A DNA stretch of 64,000 bases from a virus. Its lineage: Duplodnaviria > Caudoviricetes. The stretch spans positions 1 through 64,000 of the IMG/VR virus record IMGVR_UViG_3300020576_002947. One strand, given 5' to 3'. The notes beneath the pieces were generated by a model. It saw nothing but the letters and a program-made list of their open reading frames with translations, searched no databases and was not told where the DNA came from. Position numbers and translations under genes: made by a program. Below are positions 9,119-18,784 of this stretch, piece after piece; position 1 is the first letter of the stretch; each line of letters opens with the position of its first letter.

Positions 9119-9598
9119 ATGCACAACGATTGTCCTGTAGACTTCAATGAAGCTTTATTTAGAATTATCTCATCTAGTAGGATGGATAATCTAGCCTCAG
9201 CTATCAGAGCTGCTGATACTGGGGAGTATAACTTAAAAGAGCAAGCAGCTCTATTCAACAAACTTCAGCTAGAGTTTGCTATTATACTTCAGAAGTATAA
9301 TGGTGTTGCAGAAATACCTTTCACTCCTGAGCTTACTGAAAAGTTTAATGAATGGCTTTATTACTCTGTACCAAGATTTATTGATAAGAATACGGGGCCT
9401 TCTGAGATTAGAGATCACCCTCTATCAAGAGAATTCATTGCTAATATTGAAGCAACTTATCCTCATACATACTACGAACTTCTTTCAAAATTCTATGAAG
9501 ACTTGTTTGAAATAGAAGAAAAGTACGTTAAGAAGAAGAGAAAGACTTTAATTGTTGCATTTTTAGAATGGCTTTTATGGTTGGTTAAAAAACCTTAA
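9119..9598 (+). CDS. hypothetical protein
   Basis: ORF starting at the first ATG after the tRNA. Confidence 0.75.
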   Translation: MHNDCPVDFNEALFRIISSSRMDNLASAIRAADTGEYNLKEQAALFNKLQLEFAIILQKYNGVAEIPFTPELTEKFNEWLYYSVPRFIDKNTGPSEIRDHPLSREFIANIEATYPHTYYELLSKFYEDLFEIEEKYVKKKRKTLIVAFLEWLLWLVKKP

Positions 9599-9670
9599 TA
9601 ATCAGACCTCTATTCTAATAAGGCTAAATTAAAGCCTTTAATATTTTAAGCGTTATTATTTCGCTTATTC

Positions 9671-9733
9671 GTGCCAATTACGGCACTGCCTCCTGTCACC
9701 TATTTGTGACCCGTTCGTAATGAACTTGGAGGC
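9671..9733 (+). promoter_or_regulatory. structured 5' leader (hairpin plus three-way junction)
   Basis: gtgcc/ggcac hairpin; gcctcc/ggaggc enclosing gtcac/gtgac and gttc/gaac. Confidence 0.45.
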
Positions 9734-9755
9734 TTGACTCAAAGAGAAACAGAAA

Positions 9756-10253
9756 ATGATGATTACAACAGCAATCGCATGTATCCTGTTGACACTTGAA
9801 GGGCCAAGGCCTACTAACGTCAACGTTACAACCAAAACTCCAATAGAGATTTTAGAAACTCAGATTGGAAAAACTAAAGTGTGTAATAAGTGTAACCATA
9901 AGGTTCCCACTGCAACAACTTTAAATGAGAAGCAAAGAGAGTACGTTTACTCACTTGCAGTATACCTTGAAAAGGGTGAGAAGGCTCGCCCTGGAAGTAC
10001 AACATCTAGAAGCTATGTGAGAGGTCTTACAAGACTCTCCTTCAAAGAATCTACCCATAGCACTTTAGGTAAGAATCCTAGATCAACAGCTAGTGGACTT
10101 TTTGGCTTCTTAGACTCTACCTGGAAGGGAACAGGCTTTTCTAAAACACAGTGCCCTATCTGTCAAACGAGAGCTGCTTATAGATACTGTGTCAATAGAT
10201 ACAAGAGTATCGACAATGCTCTTGCATTTCACAAAAGAAGAGGGTACTACTAA
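9756..10253 (+). CDS. lytic transglycosylase (SLT/lysozyme-like) with N-terminal hydrophobic segment
   Basis: KES...NPRSTASGLFGFLDSTW...Q..AAYRY...RY.S...A.AF....YY pattern. Confidence 0.75.
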   Translation: MMITTAIACILLTLEGPRPTNVNVTTKTPIEILETQIGKTKVCNKCNHKVPTATTLNEKQREYVYSLAVYLEKGEKARPGSTTSRSYVRGLTRLSFKESTHSTLGKNPRSTASGLFGFLDSTWKGTGFSKTQCPICQTRAAYRYCVNRYKSIDNALAFHKRRGYY

Positions 10254-10284
10254 AACTTGTATATAAAATACATTATATTAAATT

Positions 10285-10590
10285 ATGGAAAATATTCGTG
10301 AACTAGTTAGAGATTTTGTAGACCAAAATTCACAACCCGAAGAAGTAATAAAGGTAGTTTTAATTGGAACTAAGAACAATCCTCTTGATATATTTTTGCA
10401 AACAGAGTCTAATCAAAAGCTTCGGCTTCTAAGCAAGTACCCAAACCCTTGGAAGTCTGATTACTATACTGATTTAGCTGACGTTTTTGCTAACTATATT
10501 ATTAGGAAGGAAAGATCTATAACTCAAATTAGATTTAATACTTTTGAAGAAGCGGTTGAGTACAATGAAAGCCAAAACCAAAAACTTTAA
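10285..10590 (+). CDS. hypothetical protein
   Basis: ORF. Confidence 0.7.
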   Translation: MENIRELVRDFVDQNSQPEEVIKVVLIGTKNNPLDIFLQTESNQKLRLLSKYPNPWKSDYYTDLADVFANYIIRKERSITQIRFNTFEEAVEYNESQNQKL

Positions 10591-10942
10591 AAATGCTCTT
10601 GAAGCTCTGAAAGCTAAGGGTATGTTTGTTTATTTCAAGCACCGTATTACAAACTCTGTTGAATCTACAACAAGCAAGAAAGGTGGCTTGGTTATCACTA
10701 AGCAGAGAGTTATTAAGCACCGAACAGAGTGCATTATCAAAAAGGATGGGGAAATTATTTCCCGTGGATTTACAAAACTGGATGATAATGACCAGGATGA
10801 CCATGTTCTTGGTCGTTCGGTAGCTTATCTCAAAGCTTTTAAGAACTTGGATAAAGAAACTAAGAGCTTTATTGATTCTAACAGATTCTTCAAGTTCGAT
10901 AAAAGGGCTTACTCTTACGTCTACAATGCGAAAGAAGACTAG
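10565..10942 (+). CDS. hypothetical protein
   Basis: ORF. Confidence 0.7.
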   Translation: MKAKTKNFKNALEALKAKGMFVYFKHRITNSVESTTSKKGGLVITKQRVIKHRTECIIKKDGEIISRGFTKLDDNDQDDHVLGRSVAYLKAFKNLDKETKSFIDSNRFFKFDKRAYSYVYNAKED

Positions 10943-11123
10943 CAACTTTAAGATAACATCTCATCCGCTTGGAAAGAAGTGTGTCTTTCCTTCTATTTCT
11001 AAGATCGAGAGATGGTTAAAGGATAAACATCCTAATTCTATTATTAGTATCGATAATCTTCAGTGGTCTGTACTTAATGAGCAGAAGCAAGTTACTCACA
11101 AAGGCGAAATCATAGAAGATTAA
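10926..11123 (+). CDS. hypothetical protein
   Basis: ORF. Confidence 0.6.
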   Translation: MRKKTSNFKITSHPLGKKCVFPSISKIERWLKDKHPNSIISIDNLQWSVLNEQKQVTHKGEIIED

Positions 11124-11131
11124 AAATACTA

Positions 11132-11599
11132 TTGATGGTTACTATCTCAGTACTCCCATTTGAAGAAGGCGCTATGGCTCCCTGTAAGGGAACAAGTCAA
11201 GCAGCCGGCTTCGATCTTTATTCAATTGAGCCTGTTTCAATCGAGCCAGGGAAAAGAGTTCTTGTCAGAACGGGGCTAAACGTTTCAATTCCTCAAGGAT
11301 ATGAAATCCAAGTTCGGCCCCGTTCTGGTATCGCATGGAAAAATGGTGTAACAGTTCTGAACACCCCAGGCACAATTGACAGCGATTATTGTGGCATTGG
11401 AAAGGATTTTGAACTAAAGGTTATGCTTATAAATCTTGGTACATTGCCCGCAGCTTTTGCTGCTGGGAGTAGAATAGCTCAGGCAATTATCAGTCCTATT
11501 ATTGAAGCAGAGTTCAGTCTTTGCGAGACCGAAGAAGAGTTCTTATCAAAATCAGGTAATACTGACCGTGTAGGCGGATTTGGGAGTACCAATGTCTAG
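11132..11599 (+). CDS. dut: trimeric dUTPase
   Basis: AAGFDL, RPRSG, GTIDSDY, RIAQ and RVGGFGST motifs. Confidence 0.97.
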   Translation: MMVTISVLPFEEGAMAPCKGTSQAAGFDLYSIEPVSIEPGKRVLVRTGLNVSIPQGYEIQVRPRSGIAWKNGVTVLNTPGTIDSDYCGIGKDFELKVMLINLGTLPAAFAAGSRIAQAIISPIIEAEFSLCETEEEFLSKSGNTDRVGGFGSTNV

Positions 11600-11939
11600 T
11601 TTAATCGAGCAGTATTTATCACCCCCGTCTTTTGCCTACATTCTTGTAAACTTTGAAGAAGATATCTCATTGGATATTACTGAAGGAGATTTTAGATATC
11701 TTATTGCAATGCCATCTATTCCAATTCCAGTACCAGGATCATCAATAAGCCAAAAGATTGATTCTTTACTAGATTCTGGTTGTAAATGGGAGCTTCTAGA
11801 TTTTGATTTTATTAGAGACCATGCTCAGGACATGGAACTTGACGGAGTAGCCTTAGTTACTACAACATCTTATCTATTTTATCCTTCTTTTGATAGTGAA
11901 ATTGTTTCAAAAGATGTGAGGATCAAAACGAATGTATAA
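11592..11939 (+). CDS. hypothetical protein
   Basis: ORF. Confidence 0.7.
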   Translation: MSSLIEQYLSPPSFAYILVNFEEDISLDITEGDFRYLIAMPSIPIPVPGSSISQKIDSLLDSGCKWELLDFDFIRDHAQDMELDGVALVTTTSYLFYPSFDSEIVSKDVRIKTNV

Positions 11940-13224
11940 CGCCGTAGTTGCCACAATTACAAATGTTGTCCCTATTGAAGGTAAGGACAAGATAAAGAAA
12001 GCCAAATGTCTTGGCTATACAATCATTGTTGCAAGCACTATCGAAGAAGGAACAAGGGGAGTCTTTTTTGAGAGTGATGGACAACTGAGCCAAGATTTTG
12101 CTACTATTAATGATCTAATCAGACGAAAGGATGAGAATGGTAACGCTGCTGGAGGATTTTTTGAAGAGAATCGAAGAGTCCGAAATCTAAAACTAGGTCA
12201 AGTTGTTTCTGAAGGTTTTTGGACTCCACTAAAGTCCTTCGACTACACAGGATATGATCTAACTAAAGAACCTGACGGGTTCGAATTTAATGAGCTTAAC
12301 GACAGGCCTATTTGTAACAAGTATATTACACCAGCTTCAATGAGAGGAGCGGGTAGAAATAAGGAAGGCAAGGTTAAATTCCTAGAAAACCCCGCTATGC
12401 CTAAGCATATAGAAACTTTAAAGCTAAAGCGTAGCATAGGGAACATTCCTAATGAAGGCTTACTAATTATTACTGAAAAGCTTCATGGAACATCTCACAG
12501 ACTTGCTAAGGCACCTGTAAGATTTGACGTACCTACTACTAAGGTTAAGGAATTCTTCAGAAGACTATTCAGAAAGCCAAAGCAGAGGTTTACTGAGTAT
12601 GTAAGAATAGATGGTTCTAGAAACTTTAGTTGGATCTTCAAAACACCTGAAGAATTTACACACCCATATAAAGACAGTTGTAGGATGCACGCTATACCTC
12701 ACAAGGTAGCCTTGCAACCAGGCGAAGCTATTTATGGTGAGATTGTAGGATATGAGCCTAGCGGCAATCCTATTATGTCAAGACATAACTCTACGTGTTT
12801 AAAGGACAAGCAACTCTTTAAACTGTTTGGAGAGACTGTTATTTATCATTACGGCAATCCTGTTAATGAGTCAACTTTCTATGTTTATCGAATAACAAAG
12901 ACTGACCAAGAAGGTAACACTATTGAACTTACTTGGGATCAAGTTCTTCGAAGAGCTGCTGAACTGGAAATGAAAACTGTTCCAGAACTCGCAAGGATCT
13001 ATAAAACTCAGTATACCTCTAATGATGAAATCTTAAAAACATGTATCGATATCTCTAATGGGCAAAGTAGTTGTTTATCAGATACAACACCAAGAGAAGG
13101 TATTGTATTAAGAACTGAAACCCCTACTCCAAGATTTTTTAAAGTTAAGAGCGATAACTTCTGTATTATGGAAGGACTTGCTAAGGACGATGAAAAGTAC
13201 GTGGATCTAGAAGATACAGAGTAA
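11932..13224 (+). CDS. RNA ligase, DRB0094/Rnl2-like with N-terminal OB-like module
   Basis: N-terminal PIEGKDKI module; motif I EKLHGT, YGEIVG, EGIVLR, FKVKS. Confidence 0.85.
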   Translation: MYNAVVATITNVVPIEGKDKIKKAKCLGYTIIVASTIEEGTRGVFFESDGQLSQDFATINDLIRRKDENGNAAGGFFEENRRVRNLKLGQVVSEGFWTPLKSFDYTGYDLTKEPDGFEFNELNDRPICNKYITPASMRGAGRNKEGKVKFLENPAMPKHIETLKLKRSIGNIPNEGLLIITEKLHGTSHRLAKAPVRFDVPTTKVKEFFRRLFRKPKQRFTEYVRIDGSRNFSWIFKTPEEFTHPYKDSCRMHAIPHKVALQPGEAIYGEIVGYEPSGNPIMSRHNSTCLKDKQLFKLFGETVIYHYGNPVNESTFYVYRITKTDQEGNTIELTWDQVLRRAAELEMKTVPELARIYKTQYTSNDEILKTCIDISNGQSSCLSDTTPREGIVLRTETPTPRFFKVKSDNFCIMEGLAKDDEKYVDLEDTE

Positions 13225-13769
13225 TGCTACATAACCATAAAATCCTATCACCATCTCTACGTGACGACCAACAAGTAGATGCTTGTTATTGCTGTTATAT
13301 ATCAGTAGACCAAAACCTACTTAGTATTCAAGAAGAGATTTATCAAACACTAACAGATAGTGTAGATGACCCTATTCCTTTAATACGTCTTAGAGAAAGG
13401 ACTTACAGTATTTTAAAGTATAGTAAAACAGCTTTAACAAAACATGAAGTATTGTCAAGATTTTTTGGAAAGAAAGGTAAGTGCAATCACGAAGAGATTT
13501 ATGTTGTAACTTTTCAGCTAACTCCTCAAGGTTATGTACCTCTTATAATAGTAAATACTGTACACTCAGAAAGTTTAGCAAATTCAAGTCTATTACTTCA
13601 GTATAAAGACCATATTTCATCATTTCCTTTCGAAACTAAGCATACTAGACTATCTAACATATTCATACCAAAAGAATGGTTACCTAGTACTAAACTAGGA
13701 ATGTTTCTAAGAGTAGAAGATGCTAAAGACTTCATCAAAAGTCTACCATCAACATACGTTTGTGTTTGA
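13224..13769 (+). CDS. hypothetical protein, VCV tag
   Basis: ORF ending TYVCV. Confidence 0.75.
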   Translation: MLHNHKILSPSLRDDQQVDACYCCYISVDQNLLSIQEEIYQTLTDSVDDPIPLIRLRERTYSILKYSKTALTKHEVLSRFFGKKGKCNHEEIYVVTFQLTPQGYVPLIIVNTVHSESLANSSLLLQYKDHISSFPFETKHTRLSNIFIPKEWLPSTKLGMFLRVEDAKDFIKSLPSTYVCV

Positions 13770-13780
13770 CATTATTTATA

Positions 13781-14347
13781 ATGATACCAAATCGAGTTAT
13801 CTTTGAAGATATTTCATCAGTTACTATTAGCCCCTTAGCTTCTATAGGGACTCCTGCAGAACACTATGATATTACTTTAGAAAATGCAGATCAGTCTGAC
13901 GAAACTAAAGTCATTATTCATAGTGGAGTACGGGTTAATGAATTCGTTACTATAAATTGCGGCCTAGATAGAAATACAGTAATAGGCAAAAACTCCTACC
14001 TTTTAGCAAAGTCTCATGTTGGTCATGATTCAATTCTGAAAGAAGGAGTTGTTCTATCTACAGGTTCTATTGTAGGAGGGCGTTCTATCATTGGAAATCA
14101 TTGCTACCTAGGATTAAATGCCAGTACTCACCAAAGAGCTATACTTGGAGATTATTGTATCCTAGGTGCAAACTCCTTTTTTAAAGGGGAGTCTCCTGCC
14201 GGAATTACATGGGCAGGTGTACCAGCCAAACCAATTAAAGTTAATATTGTTGGTATAGAAAGACACTGTCCTGAAAATGAAAGAGAAGCCGTCATCACTA
14301 TTGCAGAGAATTTTATCACTAATTACAAGAAAGAAAGACTCACCTAA
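13781..14347 (+). CDS. hexapeptide-repeat acyl/acetyltransferase (LpxA-like)
   Basis: Left-handed beta-helix repeats, HVGHD, GVPAK. Confidence 0.88.
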   Translation: MIPNRVIFEDISSVTISPLASIGTPAEHYDITLENADQSDETKVIIHSGVRVNEFVTINCGLDRNTVIGKNSYLLAKSHVGHDSILKEGVVLSTGSIVGGRSIIGNHCYLGLNASTHQRAILGDYCILGANSFFKGESPAGITWAGVPAKPIKVNIVGIERHCPENEREAVITIAENFITNYKKERLT

Positions 14348-14630
14348 GACAGGTGTAAAATTCTTTTCACCAAGAAAGAAGTCTTCTGAATTACCAAGCC
14401 TTTCATTAACTACCTGGACTAAAGTTCCAGGTAGTCTTGGTTACTTACGTATTTTAAATAGTGAGGAAGCTATTTTCTATCATCCTTTTAATACTAAAGT
14501 TTATTATATTAAGAAGTCTATTTGGATCTATGGAGAAGAATTAGATCTAAATTATCCAGGACTAGAAGAGAAGGTACAAAGTATCTTTCGTCCTAATGAG
14601 GTACCTCCTAGTAACAGAGTGTGTATATAA
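14277..14630 (+). CDS. hypothetical protein, VCI tag (start uncertain)
   Basis: ORF ending NRVCI. Confidence 0.65.
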   Translation: MKEKPSSLLQRILSLITRKKDSPKTGVKFFSPRKKSSELPSLSLTTWTKVPGSLGYLRILNSEEAIFYHPFNTKVYYIKKSIWIYGEELDLNYPGLEEKVQSIFRPNEVPPSNRVCI

Positions 14631-14633
14631 CCC

Positions 14634-15239
14634 ATGTATAACCTATCAGTAATACTCCCAACATACAATCGAGAGAAACTTCTTAGAAGAGCTATTCAAT
14701 CTATAGAAGAACAAGAAACTAATTTAACTGCCGAGATCTTTGTTTACGGTGATAACTGTCCTATTTTGGATAGTTTGAAATTTAATGTCAGATCAAACAG
14801 ACTTAAGTGGCATATAGAGAACCTACCTGCCCCTAACAATGGAAATCCTGCTAGAGCTATTAATAAAGCTATTGAGCTTAGTAACTCTGAAGTAACTTTA
14901 TTCCTTGGAGATGATGATTACATACGTCCTAAACATTTCGAGACATACTATCATGGGGTTATAGATAACAAAGTTGATATGGCTTACTTCAACTCTTATG
15001 TTTATCTCTCAGAAAAAGATTGGTTTATTAGAAATTCTGAACCGGCTTGGGGCAAGATTGGTCACTCTGAAATAGCTATACTTACTAGTCTTCTGAAAGA
15101 TGCACCTAAGCATGTTCCTGATTATGGACATGATTGGCTTCTTATTCAATGGCTACTTAACTTCAATACTATGAAAGTAGAATCAGAGCCTACTTATGTT
15201 GTAAACTGGTCCCAAAGACCTAAAAACTATGTAGGATAA
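14634..15239 (+). CDS. glycosyltransferase family 2
   Basis: SVILPTYNR, RAI.SI..Q, GDN, FLGDDD. Confidence 0.92.
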   Translation: MYNLSVILPTYNREKLLRRAIQSIEEQETNLTAEIFVYGDNCPILDSLKFNVRSNRLKWHIENLPAPNNGNPARAINKAIELSNSEVTLFLGDDDYIRPKHFETYYHGVIDNKVDMAYFNSYVYLSEKDWFIRNSEPAWGKIGHSEIAILTSLLKDAPKHVPDYGHDWLLIQWLLNFNTMKVESEPTYVVNWSQRPKNYVG

Positions 15240-15240
15240 C

Positions 15241-15474
15241 ATGACAAAGGAAGAGTGGATTAATTTAAAACCTGGTGATGTAATTGTTGTAGCTTGTAGT
15301 GGTTCTTTCGTTCCTAAAGGAACTAGATTACAAATAGTACAGAAGAATGGTTCTAATTGGATATATAGATTTCTACCACCTTTTCCTAAGAAAATGCCTG
15401 ATGATCTTACTTATTCTATCTCGGCTTGTTCTGATTATTGTCTAGAAAGTACAGTACCTAAAGTGTGTATATGA
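15241..15474 (+). CDS. small MT..LKxGD family protein, VCI tag
   Basis: MTKEEWINLKPGDVI; ends PKVCI. Confidence 0.85.
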   Translation: MTKEEWINLKPGDVIVVACSGSFVPKGTRLQIVQKNGSNWIYRFLPPFPKKMPDDLTYSISACSDYCLESTVPKVCI

Positions 15475-15833
15475 TGAAAGAGTCATTTCACCAGGCTTTA
15501 AAAAACAGTGATCTTTATTCTTACCTTTTAGAATTCGAAGAAACTAATGATTTATCAAAACTAGAGATATTTGATGTTAGACTAAAGTACTATAAACCAG
15601 GTGTAAAAGCGTATCCTATTAAAAACGTAGAAGAACAGTATATACTAACTATACGTAAAAATGATACATCAAGAACAATTTTTGTAGACACAAAAGCGTA
15701 TCGTTGTGTTTTTTGTTCAATATTAGATATGCTAAGTAACAAAGAAGTTGGAATTGGTCATTGTGACTCACTAGGCTTTTATGACAGCCACATGTATCTT
15801 AGCTTTTACTTACCGACCAGAGTTTGTATATGA
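15471..15833 (+). CDS. hypothetical protein, paralog family 3, VCI tag
   Basis: SD.Y and FVD.K shared with next ORF; ends TRVCI. Confidence 0.8.
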   Translation: MMKESFHQALKNSDLYSYLLEFEETNDLSKLEIFDVRLKYYKPGVKAYPIKNVEEQYILTIRKNDTSRTIFVDTKAYRCVFCSILDMLSNKEVGIGHCDSLGFYDSHMYLSFYLPTRVCI

Positions 15834-16207
15834 ACGAAAAAGAAGTCTGCAATCTTATTAAAATCTCAGATGTTTATGATACTGTTTTTGGGATTAAAGG
15901 TTACTCTGATATATATGGTAACTTAAAGAGTTTAGATATAAAAAACAATTATGGTTTCCCTCAAATTATATCTATGCCGGTAGAAAATTTTAAGGAAGAC
16001 TATGTATTACTTGTAAATAATAAGGCATACCCTCCTAGACTTTACTTTGTAGACGTTAAAGATAAGAGCTACTATGACTTTATATTTAACGCACACACAT
16101 GGCCTATCATAGAGAAGTGTGCTACTTACAAAGGCAATATAGAAAATATTTCTCTATTAGAAAGTTGGTATTACTTAGAGTTAACTCCTGGAAAGGTGTG
16201 TGTTTGA
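15830..16207 (+). CDS. hypothetical protein, paralog family 3, VCV tag
   Basis: Paralogy; ends GKVCV. Confidence 0.8.
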   Translation: MNEKEVCNLIKISDVYDTVFGIKGYSDIYGNLKSLDIKNNYGFPQIISMPVENFKEDYVLLVNNKAYPPRLYFVDVKDKSYYDFIFNAHTWPIIEKCATYKGNIENISLLESWYYLELTPGKVCV

Positions 16208-16208
16208 A

Positions 16209-16535
16209 ATGGTTGAACTCTTAGACCAGTTAGATTATGAATCTTTACTAGACTATGCTAAAAAAAGCTATACATACGAACCCAGAAGAAATGGGTATAG
16301 TGTATTAGCTAGTATGAACGAAGAAACGCAACCTTACCTTATTTGTTTTTGTGAAGACAGTTTTTACTTACTTAAAAAAGCAGGTGTTAAATCTGTAAAA
16401 AATGACTTTCTTTTCTATAAAAGAAATGGAAAGCTTGTGTATCAAAACTCAGCCCACCTTAGTTTAGATGCTACGTTATGGTATTACCTGCCAATTGATA
16501 TATTCCAGTTTCTAATTAACAAAGTCTGTATATAG
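16209..16535 (+). CDS. hypothetical protein, VCI tag
   Basis: ORF ending NKVCI. Confidence 0.75.
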   Translation: MVELLDQLDYESLLDYAKKSYTYEPRRNGYSVLASMNEETQPYLICFCEDSFYLLKKAGVKSVKNDFLFYKRNGKLVYQNSAHLSLDATLWYYLPIDIFQFLINKVCI

Positions 16536-16539
16536 AATC

Positions 16540-16680
16540 ATGAAAAAGAAGAGAAAGTCTAGTCCAAGAACTAATCAACTAGTTCCTTTTACTAGAGCCC
16601 ATTCAGATAAGGTCCGTTATTCAAAAAAAGAATTAAGAAGACTAGCAAAAAAAGAGAGGGAAAAACTAGATGAAGGATAA
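16540..16680 (+). CDS. small very basic protein (46 aa), not in the ORF track
   Basis: MKKKRKSSPRTNQLVPFTRAHSDKVRYSKKELRRLAKKEREKLDEG fills the gap. Confidence 0.6.
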   Translation: MKKKRKSSPRTNQLVPFTRAHSDKVRYSKKELRRLAKKEREKLDEG

Positions 16681-16981
16681 CAAATTTTATGAGGCTTGTC
16701 CTGATTGTATTGGATCAGGGTTTAATTTCAATTCTAAAATCCTACAGTATAATGATGATTTTAGTGTTTCTTGGAGGTATGAGTTTTGTGCTAAATGCAA
16801 AGGTTCTGGGCTCAGTACCATTAATCACGAAAAACCTCCTATTAGACTGTGTATAAATGACCATGCTTGGTATCACTACAACGAATCAACAGGACAGTTT
16901 ATAGGTAATACCAGTCTTAGTTATTTTTATAATAATTTATTTGGTAAAGGATTCAAAGTGAAAGTTGTATGGGAGATTTGA
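16670..16981 (+). CDS. DnaJ-type zinc-finger protein
   Basis: CPDCIGSG and CAKCKGSG (CxxCxGxG). Confidence 0.7.
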   Translation: MKDNKFYEACPDCIGSGFNFNSKILQYNDDFSVSWRYEFCAKCKGSGLSTINHEKPPIRLCINDHAWYHYNESTGQFIGNTSLSYFYNNLFGKGFKVKVVWEI

Positions 16982-17778
16982 TTCAAAACGCAGTATTAGA
17001 TAAATTAACAAATACTTTCTATCGTTCAAATCATGTACATGATTATGTTCCTATAAGAGATGGATTTTTTATTGATGGTGGCCTTGAGTATATCCGAAAC
17101 AATACTTTAGATGACCCAAATTTTGAAGACTACTCTCTATACTTCGATTCCCCAACCTCTGAAATCGTTTCTAAGTTATTATGGGGTACTTATGGAAAAG
17201 ATGGTAAAAGTCTTCTAAAATATGTCCGTCTACAGGATTGTACAACAGAGCATTTAAAAGCTATTTTGAATATAGATAAACTATCACCTATTCATAGTAC
17301 AGTATGCAATACGATTTTGTCCAACCGGTTGAACAAGCACCACTACCATTTTCTTAGTGTTGCAGATACTATCTCCCAAGCATCTAAAGACCCTAGTACT
17401 AAAGTTGGTGCGGTTATTGTTGACAAAGATAATCGAATTGTCTCGACTGGCTACAATGGTTTTCCCAAGGGTATTGATGATACCGAAGATAGACTTCATG
17501 ATAGAGAAACTAAGTTAAGTTACACTCTTCATGCAGAGCTTAATGCTGTTCTCTTTGCTAGAAGAGACCTTAGCGAATGTACTTTATATACTACTTTTGT
17601 TCCTTGTTCTGAATGTGCAAAGATTATCATCCAGACTGGAATTAAAAAGGTGTACTCTTATATTGTCCCAGCAGATAAACTTAAAAGATGGGGACCTATT
17701 TTTAATCTTACTTACGATATGTTTAAGGAAGCTGGTGTAGATCTTAGAGTATTTGATAAAGACAAGGAAATTCTATAG
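16969..17778 (+). CDS. dCMP deaminase with N-terminal extra domain
   Basis: SKDPSTKVGA, GYNG, HAELNA, PCSECAK. Confidence 0.92.
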   Translation: MGDLIQNAVLDKLTNTFYRSNHVHDYVPIRDGFFIDGGLEYIRNNTLDDPNFEDYSLYFDSPTSEIVSKLLWGTYGKDGKSLLKYVRLQDCTTEHLKAILNIDKLSPIHSTVCNTILSNRLNKHHYHFLSVADTISQASKDPSTKVGAVIVDKDNRIVSTGYNGFPKGIDDTEDRLHDRETKLSYTLHAELNAVLFARRDLSECTLYTTFVPCSECAKIIIQTGIKKVYSYIVPADKLKRWGPIFNLTYDMFKEAGVDLRVFDKDKEIL

Positions 17779-18161
17779 TGGCTGAATTCATTGGTGCTCT
17801 CGGACAAAGACTTCATACAATAAAAGCTATCAGATCTGCATTTAAGATGGGAACTAAAAACCCTTTTTCAACAAAGCAGTACACTTTTGATATCTGTAGT
17901 TTCCATAAACACCCAGATTATGATAACAGTACCTTTGCCGAATGGGCGAAGAGTATGCACTGTGCAGATCTTTCAAAAGAAGATTATGATCATTTGTTTA
18001 TTTATACTGTAAACTACTTTCTTTGTCCTAAATCAGAAGATCCTCTTGAATTGGAAGCTTTATGTCGTGAAGTTAAAGACTTTAACAATGTTACTGAAAA
18101 TATTACTTCTCAAAAACTATTACTTAGATTTGGGAATATTGTAGTTTACTTAGAGAAATAA
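17778..18161 (+). CDS. hypothetical protein
   Basis: ORF. Confidence 0.7.
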   Translation: MAEFIGALGQRLHTIKAIRSAFKMGTKNPFSTKQYTFDICSFHKHPDYDNSTFAEWAKSMHCADLSKEDYDHLFIYTVNYFLCPKSEDPLELEALCREVKDFNNVTENITSQKLLLRFGNIVVYLEK

Positions 18162-18162
18162 C

Positions 18163-18372
18163 ATGACTAGAGAAGAGTTTAAGAATTTATCTATCGGAGA
18201 TATAATCAGAGGAGTAGGTTTAGAGTATGATTACGAAATTACTGGAAAAGTTTCAAACTACTACAGTATAAGAGTAGTAGGTACTTCAAAAGACCTAGTA
18301 GGTTGTGGAGCTGCCTTACCTGACAAATGGACCTTAGTAAGACCTAAAAATTCTAGTTTGGTGTGTATATGA
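18163..18372 (+). CDS. array protein 1 (VCI)
   Basis: Family motif plus tag. Confidence 0.85.
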   Translation: MTREEFKNLSIGDIIRGVGLEYDYEITGKVSNYYSIRVVGTSKDLVGCGAALPDKWTLVRPKNSSLVCI

Positions 18373-18566
18373 CTAACGAAGAATTCTTAAAACTAAAAGT
18401 AGGAGATATTATCAAAGGAGATAGTATAGGAGAGTATCTAATTATTGAACAAAGAGGTATTAGTCGTTTTACAGTTAAAAGAATAACTGATGGGAAAATA
18501 GGAGGAGCTTGTTATCCTACTGGTTGGACCTATATAAGAGCCAGTAAAGATGTAGTTTGTATATGA
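18369..18566 (+). CDS. array protein 2 (VCI)
   Basis: Family motif plus tag. Confidence 0.85.
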   Translation: MTNEEFLKLKVGDIIKGDSIGEYLIIEQRGISRFTVKRITDGKIGGACYPTGWTYIRASKDVVCI

Positions 18567-18784
18567 CTAGAAATCAGTTTGAATTACTAGAAGTTGGTGA
18601 TATTGTTCAAGGAACAAGTACACCTATACTTACTATTGTTGAGAAGATGCTAGCTCCATCCGATGGATTCTTGTTTAATACTAAGTATGTATATAGCGGT
18701 AAAGATGATTGTGATAAGAATTATTACATGTTTGCTCCTGGATACTGGAGTTTAATAGAAAGTAACCATAAAGTCTGTATATGA
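18563..18784 (+). CDS. array protein 3 (VCI)
   Basis: Family motif plus tag. Confidence 0.85.
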   Translation: MTRNQFELLEVGDIVQGTSTPILTIVEKMLAPSDGFLFNTKYVYSGKDDCDKNYYMFAPGYWSLIESNHKVCI

